IMG/VR virus record: IMGVR_UViG_3300017957_000012
Location: 1-64,000 of that record
Direction: 5' to 3' (one strand)
Source: a virus
Length of the DNA stretch: 64,000 nucleotides
Below the pieces are notes generated by a model, which worked only from the letters and a program-made list of their open reading frames with translations, did not search any database and was not told where the DNA came from. The translations under genes and the position numbers were made by a program. Of the stretch, positions 20,301 through 29,005 are shown piece by piece (positions within the stretch are counted from its first letter, which is position 1; every line of letters starts with the position of its first letter).

Positions 20301-21125
20301 ATCTGCATCAAATCCGTTATTAGCGCCTTCATCTGCGGTGGTAATAATTCGGCCGAGATCTACGCCGGCAGAAATGAGTTTAAACCAATCGTTCCCTTCA
20401 TCCCATTGAATAGATGATGTTGCTAGACTACCACGAAGAACTTCCCAACCAGCATTTTCTGATGGAGTACCCGACGTAAAATTACTGTTAAGAGTAATGA
20501 TGTTATCAGACAACAGAATTGTTTCAGTGTCAACATACGTGGTATTACCAGAAACAGTAAGATCGCCCGTAATAATGAGGCTACCAAACATGGTATCGTC
20601 TTCATCTGAGCGAAGGAATTGAGTTGAATCGAGTTGATCAAGAGTTGCAGCGTCGAATGAACCACCTTGACTTGCTTGGTCAAGAACAGTAATGATTCGA
20701 TTACCGTCGATCGTGGAAGTAGCAAGACCTTTAAAATCGTTTCCTGTTGAACTAATAACTAAACGATCAGAACCGGCATATTGAATTGCAATCCCGTTTG
20801 TGTTATTATAGAATCGAATCTTATTATTGCTGCCGGTGTTAGTCAGTTCATATGTTCCACCGACTAAGTTTTGAATGAGGAGAGTATCTGCGTCACCGGT
20901 AAGTTTAACAAGACTTGCAGCGGGAGTAAAACCACCAGCGCCGGTATTTTCAACCTCAAGTGACGTGGTAGTAGCCGTGCTATTTTCGATTGTAACGGCA
21001 CCGGCGAGATTACTAGTTCCTGTAACTTGTAATTCGTCTATGCCATTATCGGTCGTCGATCCAATGATCGCGCGGACCGGAGTCAATAAGCCATTTTTGG
21101 CTATAAACTTTTTATCATTTGCCAT
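11379..21125 (-). CDS. Giant long tail fibre (about 3250 aa) with a C-terminal S74 intramolecular chaperone
   Basis: Start MANDKKFIAKNGL (ATG 21125); about 18-20 [FY]YD..N..YY.DPAS.S repeats; AYSDRRKKKNI...G.IAQEV..V.PEVV followed by a coiled coil. Confidence 0.85.
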   Translation of the reverse strand: MANDKKFIAKNGLLTPVRAIIGSTTDNGIDELQVTGTSNLAGAVTIENSTATTTSLEVENTGAGGFTPAASLVKLTGDADTLLIQNLVGGTYELTNTGSNNKIRFYNNTNGIAIQYAGSDRLVISSTGNDFKGLATSTIDGNRIITVLDQASQGGSFDAATLDQLDSTQFLRSDEDDTMFGSLIITGDLTVSGNTTYVDTETILLSDNIITLNSNFTSGTPSENAGWEVLRGSLATSSIQWDEGNDWFKLISAGVDLGRIITTADEGANNGFDADTVDGLDAWQFLRSDVDDTAQGNITIKGDLTVGDDVGAAQIILNGTGQDRVLYADNGEIGFLNAGFNWALKSDTNGDLEVERDVEAGRNVIGATGVTATTGNVTASAGDVIAQNNVTATTGDVSASAGSVTAQVNVTATTGNVSATAGDVTAGNNITAQNNITATTGNITASAGAISAATTVTAGTDVIGKRFVDADTNTYYADPASNSIFSGLGLDDNLFHNGDTDTRLRFETDHIKLETGGNTRFDVNNTRALSSLDLYAPNLIVNDALIHNNDTDTKITFATDTIDLDTGGATRLTANNSGVSVFGNLSVSGDINAGGDVYASIYYDADDNNYYADPNGTSVMKTIGIDDYIVHNGDSDTKIGFLQNDTLQMDAGGTTIFLAQSTAAEYYVDVYGEGAYFRKYYDNDNNAYFLDPGDTTLSLNVAGRARTGDGTLALPAYSFINDTNTGMYRKGADQIGFSAGGNEELVIYNNRVEAPGSVRSPIFYDLPDTTYYGDFAGTSQMSQIDIDSYIRHRGDTNTYMGFPGNDDFTITVDGTERLGIDTDSADFTVDVYAPKFIDSDNNSYYLDPADASLSAVLSSGVRIHTIGNYDRWSDTTGDGGISLVGAGDRAVGQSTTVAISGNYSGSYSLMYLNRIDPNANPFNDGNRYIEFRHDGTTGTNLSGDSSGNLYWLLLAGTSQSYWTQAGSELLTINDNGDIVVGGSSATYTDGGDNTPLTAAIDPAKLHVNGSIYLNGANNGIIFGRGTASFLRDEELGFGWGGGWYMTDATYLRVRNDKTILSGGGATLSGDVYANRYYDVNFQQRWIEPGGGGQLEGNFEFAASSTGTSYSTAAIELRESNYTGNGTATPPQLGFHWGGVVASNIALESNGRIAIRNNPGNDYEKFGASEIHGRKFFDIDNNQYSFEPAVSAAWRLQTPTGYLDFGSMNASYVHFQTDRDTFYFNKPVAFDGNIFGYGGNETASFARYYDSNDPTFWADPNAESIFRTLKLYNKAAPQNDFVALTIDNGDGTGDIDAPESWVAFNFRDSNANYTPQVRIGGRAGYNTGSADNLDKEGSGNFIVQTSIGSGGAGAGTIRDTFWVDYLGNSTSLTSSRAPIFYDWTNTNWYANPDGDSRLNTITLDGNAVQLREPTGDYGSFMVDGGGRNGWEGFSIGGRVVFMHNNSSAVGMYNDVDNEWLMRFDLNGSNDLYYNGIIQAQTQSGYFLANNEIRSPIFRDTTSPTTWFVDPSGTSRVNTLRTNRIYPAYDNDTSIYIDYVSGDYGSLQINGNGKNGWRGWSLLSHFVWMTPGDAVRHGMYNDVDNQWQQQWYRGAGTRLYYAGGEQFSIENGYALATNQMRAPIYHPPNSTTWRLDLDAGNTSYALRIPGIIRRDNFQTSGDGNNNVLLDTQDYTHWIWRTAGDWGIMWAGNNNPYRSYFSTSNPNEIVFIGNGNLRASIDLDNGDAHFTGNLTAPNIAISGSGGDISLNPAYGSGGADLVLFDFTEYTQAEVTSGLKGAESNNIAQSEYVDVQDAPFAGRVVQTGAYRVFDSDYIPVAPGEDIYGEISVRRVSGSGGLVYMGVRRYDKDKRPIAGNDGITYFVVSSNNYTSTSWTTFRGHTTIPTSHTPYNGSDGGGCRYVRVIVLMNYPSGGGPATRQYGGIMLKRRNVESNLLVDNVVANDILADDITADLIDAYRFRDRDSTGYYIEPANTTESARLRGRMLIGPNNTWGDYIQVGGNGREYINNTGVASVVTTDGNLHIDAASGHQTYINYYDGDNIYFGNGGNGVHSRWQSNGDLFVGGGGSAAAGGFKLDVNGSTQVRGDLYANIFRDRSDPGNRYVDPASTSQINRLNVNEIKSFPSPNYGQLYFDNAGQVYPSGRSQVVGTGLGIYSSYSGGSGSPFTYDITASFNNNGKAFEIAADWINTNRTPLQVRSLRDCCQNWTQWRQIATAGVTYNHGADIYASRYYDSDNDFYYGDFASTSRVAAIDMYSTLSMMNGAQIQLRAPGSNNLRGYIQVRDTNDGHLRIATSGGEDIRFMDGGLDGQWNMIIRGDGNTLINNYIDATRFRDRNSPGFYGDFASTSQMNVVDVNRLRARGSTGYFWDGNEDLSMYVYGEIANSNYAAGNLQPGALNIGHTNRNYAWDGTSWAGSINVGILANTSETWEMAIHDSGDSVKSFVYFNGGSDFQIGRNIGWGTNRVIHPGGTASTIYTDWTNTGYYLNPASLFSSNINGFSLRTRAMLGGPGHSRDIVYSGSAYFHARPTITSDTNYWTGAVGWSRQDFNTRVADWGSGFFDTWSNPPNQPSGTSHWVGVQAYHYSNGSARYGWQLAGGPIAGLRFRNTWSSFSSWKHITMYGVNDAPSGSNGYLYARRFVDTDSSGYYADPASTSRWNSTVSNETYTYGWFRNYTSGRGLYSQANGRHFYSPGNVYWHIDGRSDVGGLIFYDRYNGSQGSSTGRRGYVYYDGSGFGLLHSGGGWALRIFSGNSNHELYGQTYANTLRAYIFYDRNNGSSYYSDPGSTSRLNVSITNTSYFSSNTSRGYAQGYSSRSSSLHRFSYITMNNGSSGWNDYRFHGIASTDYNNNFSDSISINSYNDVNIRLDSNSNNSSSYLRIHDNGRTNALNVAYIGRESNNAIAYFYNRVYGAIYYDHSAGYYFDGNSTTRCNQLTPNRINSPYPGGNSGITRSSSAYSFGFQESGSWSYPYPDLVLQYHTGMSFAANPSYGGMRFFNDYNSSTVRFQINGGSGSTLSHNFSNTWLHVGGGGVGIRSTYNSATFYPNNQSSYGSWNITGSRSGWRGLSFSDSTYRPHLMFDGSSSGGYYIQDLGRWVYYHNRARNCTGFASSSTLSGYRVRINGSLYCNGNVVAYSDRRKKKNIVTIDNALDKVLQLRGVYYERKEDLIDERDDLFKGRQLGMIAQEVLEVVPEVVSYAEEVDEYALDYPKMVGLLVEAHKDQQEIINNQQEKIDKLEEMVYNMMQKMENL

Positions 21126-21159
21126 TCGGTTCACTCTCCCCAGATCTGGCGTTTAGTTT

Positions 21160-21167
21160 TATTTATT
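21160..21167 (-). promoter_or_regulatory. Late promoter candidate AATAAATA
   Basis: NATAAATA in the intergenic gap upstream of the giant fibre; similar sites at 4264, 10938, 53492 and 62196. Confidence 0.55.
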
Positions 21168-24100
21168 TTAATCTACAATAAGGGTAGCCGCTATTTTAAA
21201 TACAGTTGAAGCACTTTGTGCCGGAGTAACCGTGATTCGAACGTTTGCACCTATAATGGAAACTTCATAACTTGCTAAATTAGAGCCCGTAGCGATTGTA
21301 CCAAACTCGGTGGCCGATGCTGTGGTATCATCGTGGACAATTAAAAGCTTTGTGATATGTCTATTTATTCCTTCTGTTGCAGTGATAACTACTTCTGCAC
21401 TATTATATGTTGCAAAAGGAAATTCAAATAATGTTGCTGCGTTTTGGCTTGATTTCGTCACAGACTCAGTTACGTAATGAGCATGAGATTGTAGAATATC
21501 GTCTTGTACAGTTAACGTGGCTTGAATGTCAAGATTGCCTGACATCGTATCGCCGGTAACATTAACATATCTCGCATCAGCTTCTTGGACAGTAAGGAAG
21601 TCCATTGTACGAGTTGTGTGTGCTATAACGTGACCAAATTGGTCAAAGTCTATACTTGAAATTACGTCTTTAAATGCTGTGTTTACGTTAGCTACACTTG
21701 ACGTATCGGCGTGGCCAATAATTGGAACCGCACCTTCGCCTGTTGTGCCAAGGATAATGATACCATCTGTGTTTGAAATTGACTCAACATAATCACCAGT
21801 GGTGTCTGTACCAAGAGCAACAGAATCAGCCTGTACGGTGGTTGCAATACTGATAGTGCCATCGCCAAGATTGGTTAATGTAGTATTAGCAGTACCGGCG
21901 ATGTCACCCGTGAGTGAAACAGTGATGTTTGGATTCCTATCGATTACACCAGCCGTGATAGTACCAGTTACATCGAGATTTGCGCTGACTGTCAAATCTC
22001 CCGTCATTGTATCGCCATCTACATTAACAAATCGATTATCCGACTCATTTTCTGTATAGTACCGACCGTCTAACGCACCATTTTGTAATTCTGTTTCTGT
22101 ATAGTATCGACCATCCAGTGCGCCAAGATTCAATTCTGCTTCAGTATAATATCGATTATCAAGTTGACCAGCATTGAGTTCTACTTCTGTATAATATCGA
22201 TTATCGAGCTGACCGCCATCAAGTGCAGCCTGCGTATAAAAGCGAAGATCAAAATTACTCGTGTTTGCTGTGAGCACATGACCAAACTGGTCGAATGTCA
22301 TAGCTTGTATTACTGAGCCAGTATTAAGTAGATTAATGTCAGCAATATCAGACGTGTCGGCGTGCTCAACAGTTATTGTTGTATTTGAAAATTGGTTGAG
22401 TGTAAATGATCCCGAACCTATCAGTCCAGTGTTCGCTTCGATAATGATATTAGCGTTACCAACGTTGGACGCTGCATTTGCAATAATGTCTGCAGCATGT
22501 TGGCCGTCTACCGTATCTGCGTCAAGTCCAGTAAATTGATCAATTAATTGGTTAAATTGCTGGCCACTTGTCAAATAAATTTGAAGTGTGTTATTAGCAA
22601 TTTCCCAATCTGTACTCGCGACTGTCGTACCAGAAGGAGAAGCAATTTCAGTAACATTGGTAATACGACCATCTTCATCAACGGTAAATTGTGGAACGAA
22701 TGTACCACTACCATATTGGCCTGGTGTAACACCGGTATTGGCCAATTCTGTTTGTACTGTCATAATACCGGTATTTGATGTCACATTACCTGTCACTTTA
22801 CCGGTTAATGTGACAGTAAGATCTTCTTCAATTCGATCGAGCTTTGCACCGTCTAACGCAATATCTCTTCCATCGACGGTGCCCGAGACAATGATATCAC
22901 CATTAACTGTAATTTCGTCAAACTCGTCAATATTAGCTTTAAAGACTGAGCCATCACCTGTAAGTATCGATAAGGTACTATTTGCTGTATACCATGTTAC
23001 GTCATCGACACCTGCAACCGCGGTGTTCGAAACAACAGTTAATCGTCCATCTTCATCTACAGTGATAATAGGAATCTGAGAAGCGTTTCCATACGTTCCC
23101 GGCGTTACACCAGTGTTAGCTAACTCGGTGGCGAGTGTCATTACTCCAGTGTTAGAGAAAGCCGTACCAGTAACTTTACCCGTAAGTGTAAGGTCTAATC
23201 CATCTTCGAGTAAGTCAAGCTTGGCGCCGTCTGCAGCTATATCTCGTCCATCGATAAGGCCGGTTACATGAATATTGTTTGCACTAATATCGCCTTCAAC
23301 ATCGAGAGAATCAAATCCAAGATTAGTAATATTAACTGAGTTTGCGGTCAGGTCTTCGACTGTAATATCTTTAAATTGATTAAGATAAATGTTATAGATT
23401 GATCCATCACCGGTCGTAAGAACAAGTTGATTATTCGCTGCATCCCAAGTAAAGTCATCGACACCGGCTACTGCTGTATTACCCGCCGAAGTGATTCGTC
23501 CATCTTCGTCGATCGTAATAACTGGAATTTGTGAAGGTGTACCGTAAGTGCCTGGTACAACGCCGGTATTTGCGAGCTCTGTAGTGAGAGTCATAATACC
23601 GGTGTTAGAAAATGCTGTACCAGTAACTTTACCGTCTAATGTAAGATCAAATGTTGCGGGTGGTACGTTAAAGAAGTTATTATAGTCGAGATAATACGTA
23701 CCTTCTTGACCGTCGAGAAGATCTGCATCAAAACCATTGTTAGCGCCTTCGTCGCCGGTCGTAATGATTCTTCCTAATACGCCGCCCGAAGCAATTTCCC
23801 AATAGTCACCTGCCTCGTTCCATTGAAGTGTTACGTTGTTTGCGATTCCTCTTTCAACTTCAAGGCCAGCGTTTTGACTCGGACTGCCTGTATGATTAGC
23901 GTTAAGAGTAATAATATTATCAGCGAGGTTAATCGTTTCTGTATTGACATAGGTCGTATTCCCCGAAACAGTAAGATCACCAGTAATAACTAGACTACCC
24001 TGTAAGGTATCGTCTTCATCTGACCTTAAGAATTGAGTTGAGTCTAACCCGTCGAGTAGATCTGCGTCTAAACCAGAGTTAGCGCCGTCGACTGTTTTAA

Positions 24101-24290
24101 TCAGCGCAAGAAGATCGTTGGGATCTGCACTAAATTCTACTATGACTTCTGTGTTTGCTGCGGAGTCGAACTTCTTAATGAAGAACTTACCATCAGCGGT
24201 GTTGATCGCGATCTCACCGAACTCGAGTTGCCCTGTAGTCGGCACGCGACCGGGTACAGCGCTTCGTCGAAGCTTGATTAATGTCGACAT
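21168..24290 (-). CDS. Tail fibre with an Mtd-N-like N-terminal domain and internal repeats
   Basis: IKLRRSAVPGRVPTTGQLEFGEIAINTADGKFF; three LTGKVTG...ELANTGV.PG.YG...IP..T.DEDGR repeats; 15-aa repeats. Confidence 0.75.
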   Translation of the reverse strand: MSTLIKLRRSAVPGRVPTTGQLEFGEIAINTADGKFFIKKFDSAANTEVIVEFSADPNDLLALIKTVDGANSGLDADLLDGLDSTQFLRSDEDDTLQGSLVITGDLTVSGNTTYVNTETINLADNIITLNANHTGSPSQNAGLEVERGIANNVTLQWNEAGDYWEIASGGVLGRIITTGDEGANNGFDADLLDGQEGTYYLDYNNFFNVPPATFDLTLDGKVTGTAFSNTGIMTLTTELANTGVVPGTYGTPSQIPVITIDEDGRITSAGNTAVAGVDDFTWDAANNQLVLTTGDGSIYNIYLNQFKDITVEDLTANSVNITNLGFDSLDVEGDISANNIHVTGLIDGRDIAADGAKLDLLEDGLDLTLTGKVTGTAFSNTGVMTLATELANTGVTPGTYGNASQIPIITVDEDGRLTVVSNTAVAGVDDVTWYTANSTLSILTGDGSVFKANIDEFDEITVNGDIIVSGTVDGRDIALDGAKLDRIEEDLTVTLTGKVTGNVTSNTGIMTVQTELANTGVTPGQYGSGTFVPQFTVDEDGRITNVTEIASPSGTTVASTDWEIANNTLQIYLTSGQQFNQLIDQFTGLDADTVDGQHAADIIANAASNVGNANIIIEANTGLIGSGSFTLNQFSNTTITVEHADTSDIADINLLNTGSVIQAMTFDQFGHVLTANTSNFDLRFYTQAALDGGQLDNRYYTEVELNAGQLDNRYYTEAELNLGALDGRYYTETELQNGALDGRYYTENESDNRFVNVDGDTMTGDLTVSANLDVTGTITAGVIDRNPNITVSLTGDIAGTANTTLTNLGDGTISIATTVQADSVALGTDTTGDYVESISNTDGIIILGTTGEGAVPIIGHADTSSVANVNTAFKDVISSIDFDQFGHVIAHTTRTMDFLTVQEADARYVNVTGDTMSGNLDIQATLTVQDDILQSHAHYVTESVTKSSQNAATLFEFPFATYNSAEVVITATEGINRHITKLLIVHDDTTASATEFGTIATGSNLASYEVSIIGANVRITVTPAQSASTVFKIAATLIVD
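22035..22255 (-). repeat. About five 45-bp (15-aa) tandem repeats LD[NG]RYYTE.EL..G
   Basis: LDNRYYTEVELNAGQ / LDNRYYTEAELNLGA / LDGRYYTETELQNGA / LDGRYYTENE. Confidence 0.85.
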
Positions 24291-24327
24291 ATGTATGCCC
24301 TTTCCACTCTATGATCTATATAGATCT

Positions 24328-27300
24328 TTAAAAAGTACCACCGTCTAATTCGGCGACGGTCACCTCTCCTGCAGTTACATTAAAGTTTGCTGCGGCAAAT
24401 GAAGCAACACCAATGTTGGCAGTCGTTGCAAGTTCACCTGCGATTAAAATTTGATTATTACTTACTTGTGTATTAATCCCTTCGCCGGCACCAAAGGTAA
24501 TAACCTCACCTAAAGAAACTACATCAGTGTTTCCGGTTTCGGCAGCAAAGGATATAAATGGATTAGCGATCTTAGCATTTGCAATACCGCTATCCTTTAC
24601 TCTTATAACATCATTAACGATTTCTAATGTAACGTCGTCAACGTTAGCACTAAAGGCTGTATTAGCTACATCGTATGTAAGACCTTCGCCACCAATAAGA
24701 TTAGATAAGCTAGTCGTTATTTCATTATCTAGATATCTCTTATTTACAACGTCGAGGTTCCCGACGGGGTCGAGCACATCAGAAATAACCGAGTTAGCAG
24801 CTCTAATTATACCCGTGGCTGGATTTAAAGTAATATCAGTAACAACTGTACTAATACTATTTACGTCAATTACAAGATTACCAGATCCAACTGCAAGGCT
24901 ATTGTCGAGCGCAAGTTGTACGAATACTGAATTTGTACCAGATGGATCGAGGAAATAGTTTGGATTGCTTATATCAACGAATCTTTCGGCCTTTGTATCT
25001 CCACCGACAGTCCAAGATGAATCACTTCTATCAGAGTATACTGCAAAATTATATACGTCATTTAGAAATCCAATCTTACCGCCAGCCGCATAAAGAATCG
25101 AACTTTGGTTAGCAGGACCATCTCTAAACGTTAGCTGAGATACCGCTTGGCCATAACCGATAATAGCACTGTTAATTTGAGAAGTTGCAGCAGGTTCAAT
25201 ATAAAAATCGTTATTTGCTGCATCAAGAAGTTTCGGAACAGCAAGGTCACCGGTCATAGTATCGCCGGTTTCATTAACATAACGATCGTCAGCATTAGCT
25301 GTAAAATCAATAGAGGTTGAAATCGTAGTGTTTGAGTTTGCAAGAACTCGTGCCGAACCAATGACATCACCAGTTAGAATAATGTCGAAGTCATCGACAA
25401 TGAAGTCCATCGTATCGTTGGCGTCATCGTTGACAACACTGATACCTTGCTGTACACCTTCTTCAAGCATGAGTGCGATAATATCACGAGATGTCTCAGT
25501 GAAGTCTGGAATCGCGTTAGCTTGAAGCTCTACTGGAATCTCAGTCGCAAAATCGATTCGTCCGTCTTCGGTAATTCTTATTCGCGGTGTAAATCCATCG
25601 TTACCATAGATGCCTGTACTTCCAGCCATAGGAGAAGTAAGGCCGATGTCAACGGCGTTATTAGCAGAAGAATAAGCTTTAACTTCAAGTCCATTGACGA
25701 GTCTAACTTTAGGATCGTCTGTAACTTCGAGATCTCGCTGAGTACCAAGAAGAGGACCATCTACAATTCCAAGTGTTGACGAGAAAGTATTTTCTAAATA
25801 GTCTAAATTAACTGCATCTGACTGGTTGACAGGAGCTGCAACACCTGTTATAATAGTACTACCAACATTAATATTACCGCCCACATCAAAGACAAGATCT
25901 TGAGAAGGATCAGTAGTAATCTCACCAGTATTTTCAATAAAGAATCGGCGCGTTCCTTGCGTAAAGAATTCGAGTCTATCGATGTCAGCAGACGATTCGG
26001 CAGTAATCTTAGTATCTTGGTCTACGTCAATGACCGAGCCCGCAAGGCCGGCCCATCGAGTGCCGTCATATCCTTCGAATCGACTATCCTGAGAATTGAA
26101 GCGAATCATACCGGCCGAGCCAGTAGGACGCTCTAAACGATTTCCTATTGGTAGCTTAAGTGCACCAGCTCCGTCGATCGTAACAATTTCTGTATCAGAA
26201 ATAATAGTCGGCGTATAAACTCGATACCAATTCTTTCCAATCGTACCGAGAGAGTAATTACCGACTTCGTTAGGTACCAAGTCACTTTCAAAATCAGCAG
26301 ATACTGTGATTGAGTCTGTGGGCGCATCACCAATGATAAGGTTGCCACCAATCGTCAAATTGCCATCTACATCAATGTCACCGCCAACAATAAATGTTGA
26401 TGTATCTGGATTGAATCTAAATGTGGTGTCAGTTAAGAGTCTTCCGTTATCACCAACAAAGACGACTCTATTTTTATCAAGATCGCCAACGCTTAATTGA
26501 CCAATCGCCATTGTGCCGGTTACATCAAGATCGCCAGTTACGTCAAGATCTGGTACAGTGACCAGTCCATTGAAATATGTAAAGTCAGCAGTACCTTCGA
26601 GCTCGCCATCTGTTCCAGCAACGACTACTTGAGTAATCGTGAGATCTTCGACGTTTGCAGAAGCAAATGTAGCTTGGCCAACAGTTTGAAGAGTACCACG
26701 AGTAGTCATGTCGCCGGTTGCATAATCGACAGTAAATCGATTAAATGATGTACCGTAGCGTATGTTACCGGCCGCGTTAATTCTTAGAACGTGTGTTCCA
26801 TTGGTGAAAAAGTCGAGTTGATCGTTATCGGCACCAGATGATGTCTCTGCGATAATCTTTGTATCTTGGTCGGCATCGATAACACCGCCTAACCCAATCC
26901 ATTGTGCTCCGTTATAACCTTCGAACGCGCTGTCCGTAGTGTTATATCGAATCATACCCTGATCAGCAGTAGAAGGTCTCTGCGAGGTAGCACCATTTGG
27001 AATTGTAATTGCACCAACAGAATTAAAGTTTACTGCACCAAGGAAGACTGCGTCTCCAGTAAGATAGTCAAATGTAATTCTATTTTGAGCTAAGCCGTAT
27101 CTAAAGTCACCATCTTGATCGATGGACATTCTATTAGTGCCGGCGGTAAAGAAGTTAATGTCGTCGTTATCAGTACCGGGTGAAGCTTCAACCTGAATAT
27201 AGGTATCTTGGTCCGAGTCTTTTAGACCACCAAGAGTACCCCATGCCGTTCCATTATATCCTTCGAATTGATCTGTTTGCTCGTTAAAGCGAAGCATTCC

Positions 27301-28920
27301 TGGCTCAGCAGGGTTCGGCCTCTCGCTCGTAAAGCCCGATGGAACGATTATCGCCTTGCGAGATCTGAAATCTACAATACCAATAAATGATGCGTCGCCT
27401 GTTGAGTAATCAATAGTAAATCGATTATTTCCAGCACCGTATGTAATATCACCCTGATCATCAATAATCAGTCTACGGATATTCGATGTAAAGAATTCGA
27501 GATCATCACCGTCGGCTCCGGCCGAGGTCTCTGCTCGAATAAATGTATCTTGATCAGAATCAACAACACCGCCTAGGCCTGACCATGTCGTTCCGTTATA
27601 AGCTTCAAAGCGAGAATCAGACGTATTATAACGAATCATCCCCCGTTCAGCAGTCGGCCTGTCATTAGTTGTACCTACCGGTAAAATTAATCCGCCTGAA
27701 CTATTGACATCGACTACATCAGATGTTATAATTAGACTATCCGACAAACCAGTAATAGATGATAAAGTCTGAGCATAATCTACCTCAAACTCAGTATCAC
27801 CGACAAGAGAAAGTCCGCGGCCAGCAGTGAAAGTACCAACACCTTGGAATTGCACGTACGTAATGTCGTCAGTTCCAAGAACAAATCTTTCAGCATCTGC
27901 TACAGTAGCAACCCAACCCGTTTTCGCATGAGTTGAACCGTCGGTAACAAAGACCGCGTTTCCAGCGATTTCTTTATCTTCATTTGTAAGGTCAGATCGC
28001 TCAAAAATCCAAGGAGTTACTGCATCACCGACTTGTATTAATTCGTAGTGACCATTTTGCGTAGCGTCTGTTTGATCTTTAACGAGTAGCCCATCACCTA
28101 AACTCCAAACTGTCACACCATCAATGTTAAGTGTACCTGTAGGAGTTCGAGTAATTTGATTTCCAGAGAAAACATATCCGCTGGGAAGATTTGCTGTTGT
28201 TGCAGCAAGAGCAGTCATTCTCGAAAGAATGTTATCTCGCTGTAAATCTACATATCTTTTGTTTGCGGCGTCGGTTGGATCAACTGGATCGGGTACTGTA
28301 TTAAGAGAAGTACCAAGATAACCGAGTGTAACTACATCAGTATTAGCAACAGGTGCCCCAACATTTGAAATTGTCGCGCCGCCAACACTAATAACTCCGT
28401 TATTTGAGCTAAATTGTAGTGATGGACCTGATATTGTATCACCAGCAAAATTTACATTACCGACGTTGAACGTGGTTAATCCACTAATATCAGTAGTCGA
28501 TTCGCCAATCGTAATCGCAGTATTACCAAGTATAATATCCTTGGCTGTAATGAGAGTTCCGTCTGAAGTAAAGTTCAGAGGATTCAGTTCGGAGTTATAG
28601 AACGCAGTGATATGACCAAATTGATCAATATCGATGTTTGTGGTAATACCTAAGAGAGAGTTATTGGAGCTAACTGCTGATGTCGTAATCTCGTGAGAGA
28701 TTGTTATTTCGGCGTTTTCTCTATCGTTAGGAGTAACGTCTAATCCGATACCTTCTTGAATACTGGCTACATAAGAGCCTACTGTATCTATACCTAACGT
28801 AATAGAATCTGGAGTAATGATTGGCTTCTTTTCACCAGCCGCGACGACTGTCCGAGTCGCGTCTTGCTTCGGTACAGATCGGATTGATTTCGAGCCGCCT
28901 ACCTTTACCTTGATGCTCAT
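24328..28920 (-). CDS. Large fibre/virion structural protein with four repeats and C-terminal DGGTF
   Basis: Four copies of P.G....RP....GM.R.N.....FE.Y.G..W..L.G..D.DQDT.I..E...D...FFT; ends ELDGGTF. Confidence 0.75.
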   Translation of the reverse strand: MSIKVKVGGSKSIRSVPKQDATRTVVAAGEKKPIITPDSITLGIDTVGSYVASIQEGIGLDVTPNDRENAEITISHEITTSAVSSNNSLLGITTNIDIDQFGHITAFYNSELNPLNFTSDGTLITAKDIILGNTAITIGESTTDISGLTTFNVGNVNFAGDTISGPSLQFSSNNGVISVGGATISNVGAPVANTDVVTLGYLGTSLNTVPDPVDPTDAANKRYVDLQRDNILSRMTALAATTANLPSGYVFSGNQITRTPTGTLNIDGVTVWSLGDGLLVKDQTDATQNGHYELIQVGDAVTPWIFERSDLTNEDKEIAGNAVFVTDGSTHAKTGWVATVADAERFVLGTDDITYVQFQGVGTFTAGRGLSLVGDTEFEVDYAQTLSSITGLSDSLIITSDVVDVNSSGGLILPVGTTNDRPTAERGMIRYNTSDSRFEAYNGTTWSGLGGVVDSDQDTFIRAETSAGADGDDLEFFTSNIRRLIIDDQGDITYGAGNNRFTIDYSTGDASFIGIVDFRSRKAIIVPSGFTSERPNPAEPGMLRFNEQTDQFEGYNGTAWGTLGGLKDSDQDTYIQVEASPGTDNDDINFFTAGTNRMSIDQDGDFRYGLAQNRITFDYLTGDAVFLGAVNFNSVGAITIPNGATSQRPSTADQGMIRYNTTDSAFEGYNGAQWIGLGGVIDADQDTKIIAETSSGADNDQLDFFTNGTHVLRINAAGNIRYGTSFNRFTVDYATGDMTTRGTLQTVGQATFASANVEDLTITQVVVAGTDGELEGTADFTYFNGLVTVPDLDVTGDLDVTGTMAIGQLSVGDLDKNRVVFVGDNGRLLTDTTFRFNPDTSTFIVGGDIDVDGNLTIGGNLIIGDAPTDSITVSADFESDLVPNEVGNYSLGTIGKNWYRVYTPTIISDTEIVTIDGAGALKLPIGNRLERPTGSAGMIRFNSQDSRFEGYDGTRWAGLAGSVIDVDQDTKITAESSADIDRLEFFTQGTRRFFIENTGEITTDPSQDLVFDVGGNINVGSTIITGVAAPVNQSDAVNLDYLENTFSSTLGIVDGPLLGTQRDLEVTDDPKVRLVNGLEVKAYSSANNAVDIGLTSPMAGSTGIYGNDGFTPRIRITEDGRIDFATEIPVELQANAIPDFTETSRDIIALMLEEGVQQGISVVNDDANDTMDFIVDDFDIILTGDVIGSARVLANSNTTISTSIDFTANADDRYVNETGDTMTGDLAVPKLLDAANNDFYIEPAATSQINSAIIGYGQAVSQLTFRDGPANQSSILYAAGGKIGFLNDVYNFAVYSDRSDSSWTVGGDTKAERFVDISNPNYFLDPSGTNSVFVQLALDNSLAVGSGNLVIDVNSISTVVTDITLNPATGIIRAANSVISDVLDPVGNLDVVNKRYLDNEITTSLSNLIGGEGLTYDVANTAFSANVDDVTLEIVNDVIRVKDSGIANAKIANPFISFAAETGNTDVVSLGEVITFGAGEGINTQVSNNQILIAGELATTANIGVASFAAANFNVTAGEVTVAELDGGTF

Positions 28921-28975
28921 CCCTTACTTTCCTATTGTTCTTTTTATAGCTTAAGACATATAAAGTTCCATAAGC

Positions 28976-28983
28976 TATTTATG
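28976..28983 (-). promoter_or_regulatory. Late promoter candidate CATAAATA
   Basis: NATAAATA in the intergenic gap upstream of 28920. Confidence 0.5.
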
Positions 28984-29005
28984 GTTTGTGCACTTACTCA
29001 GAAAA

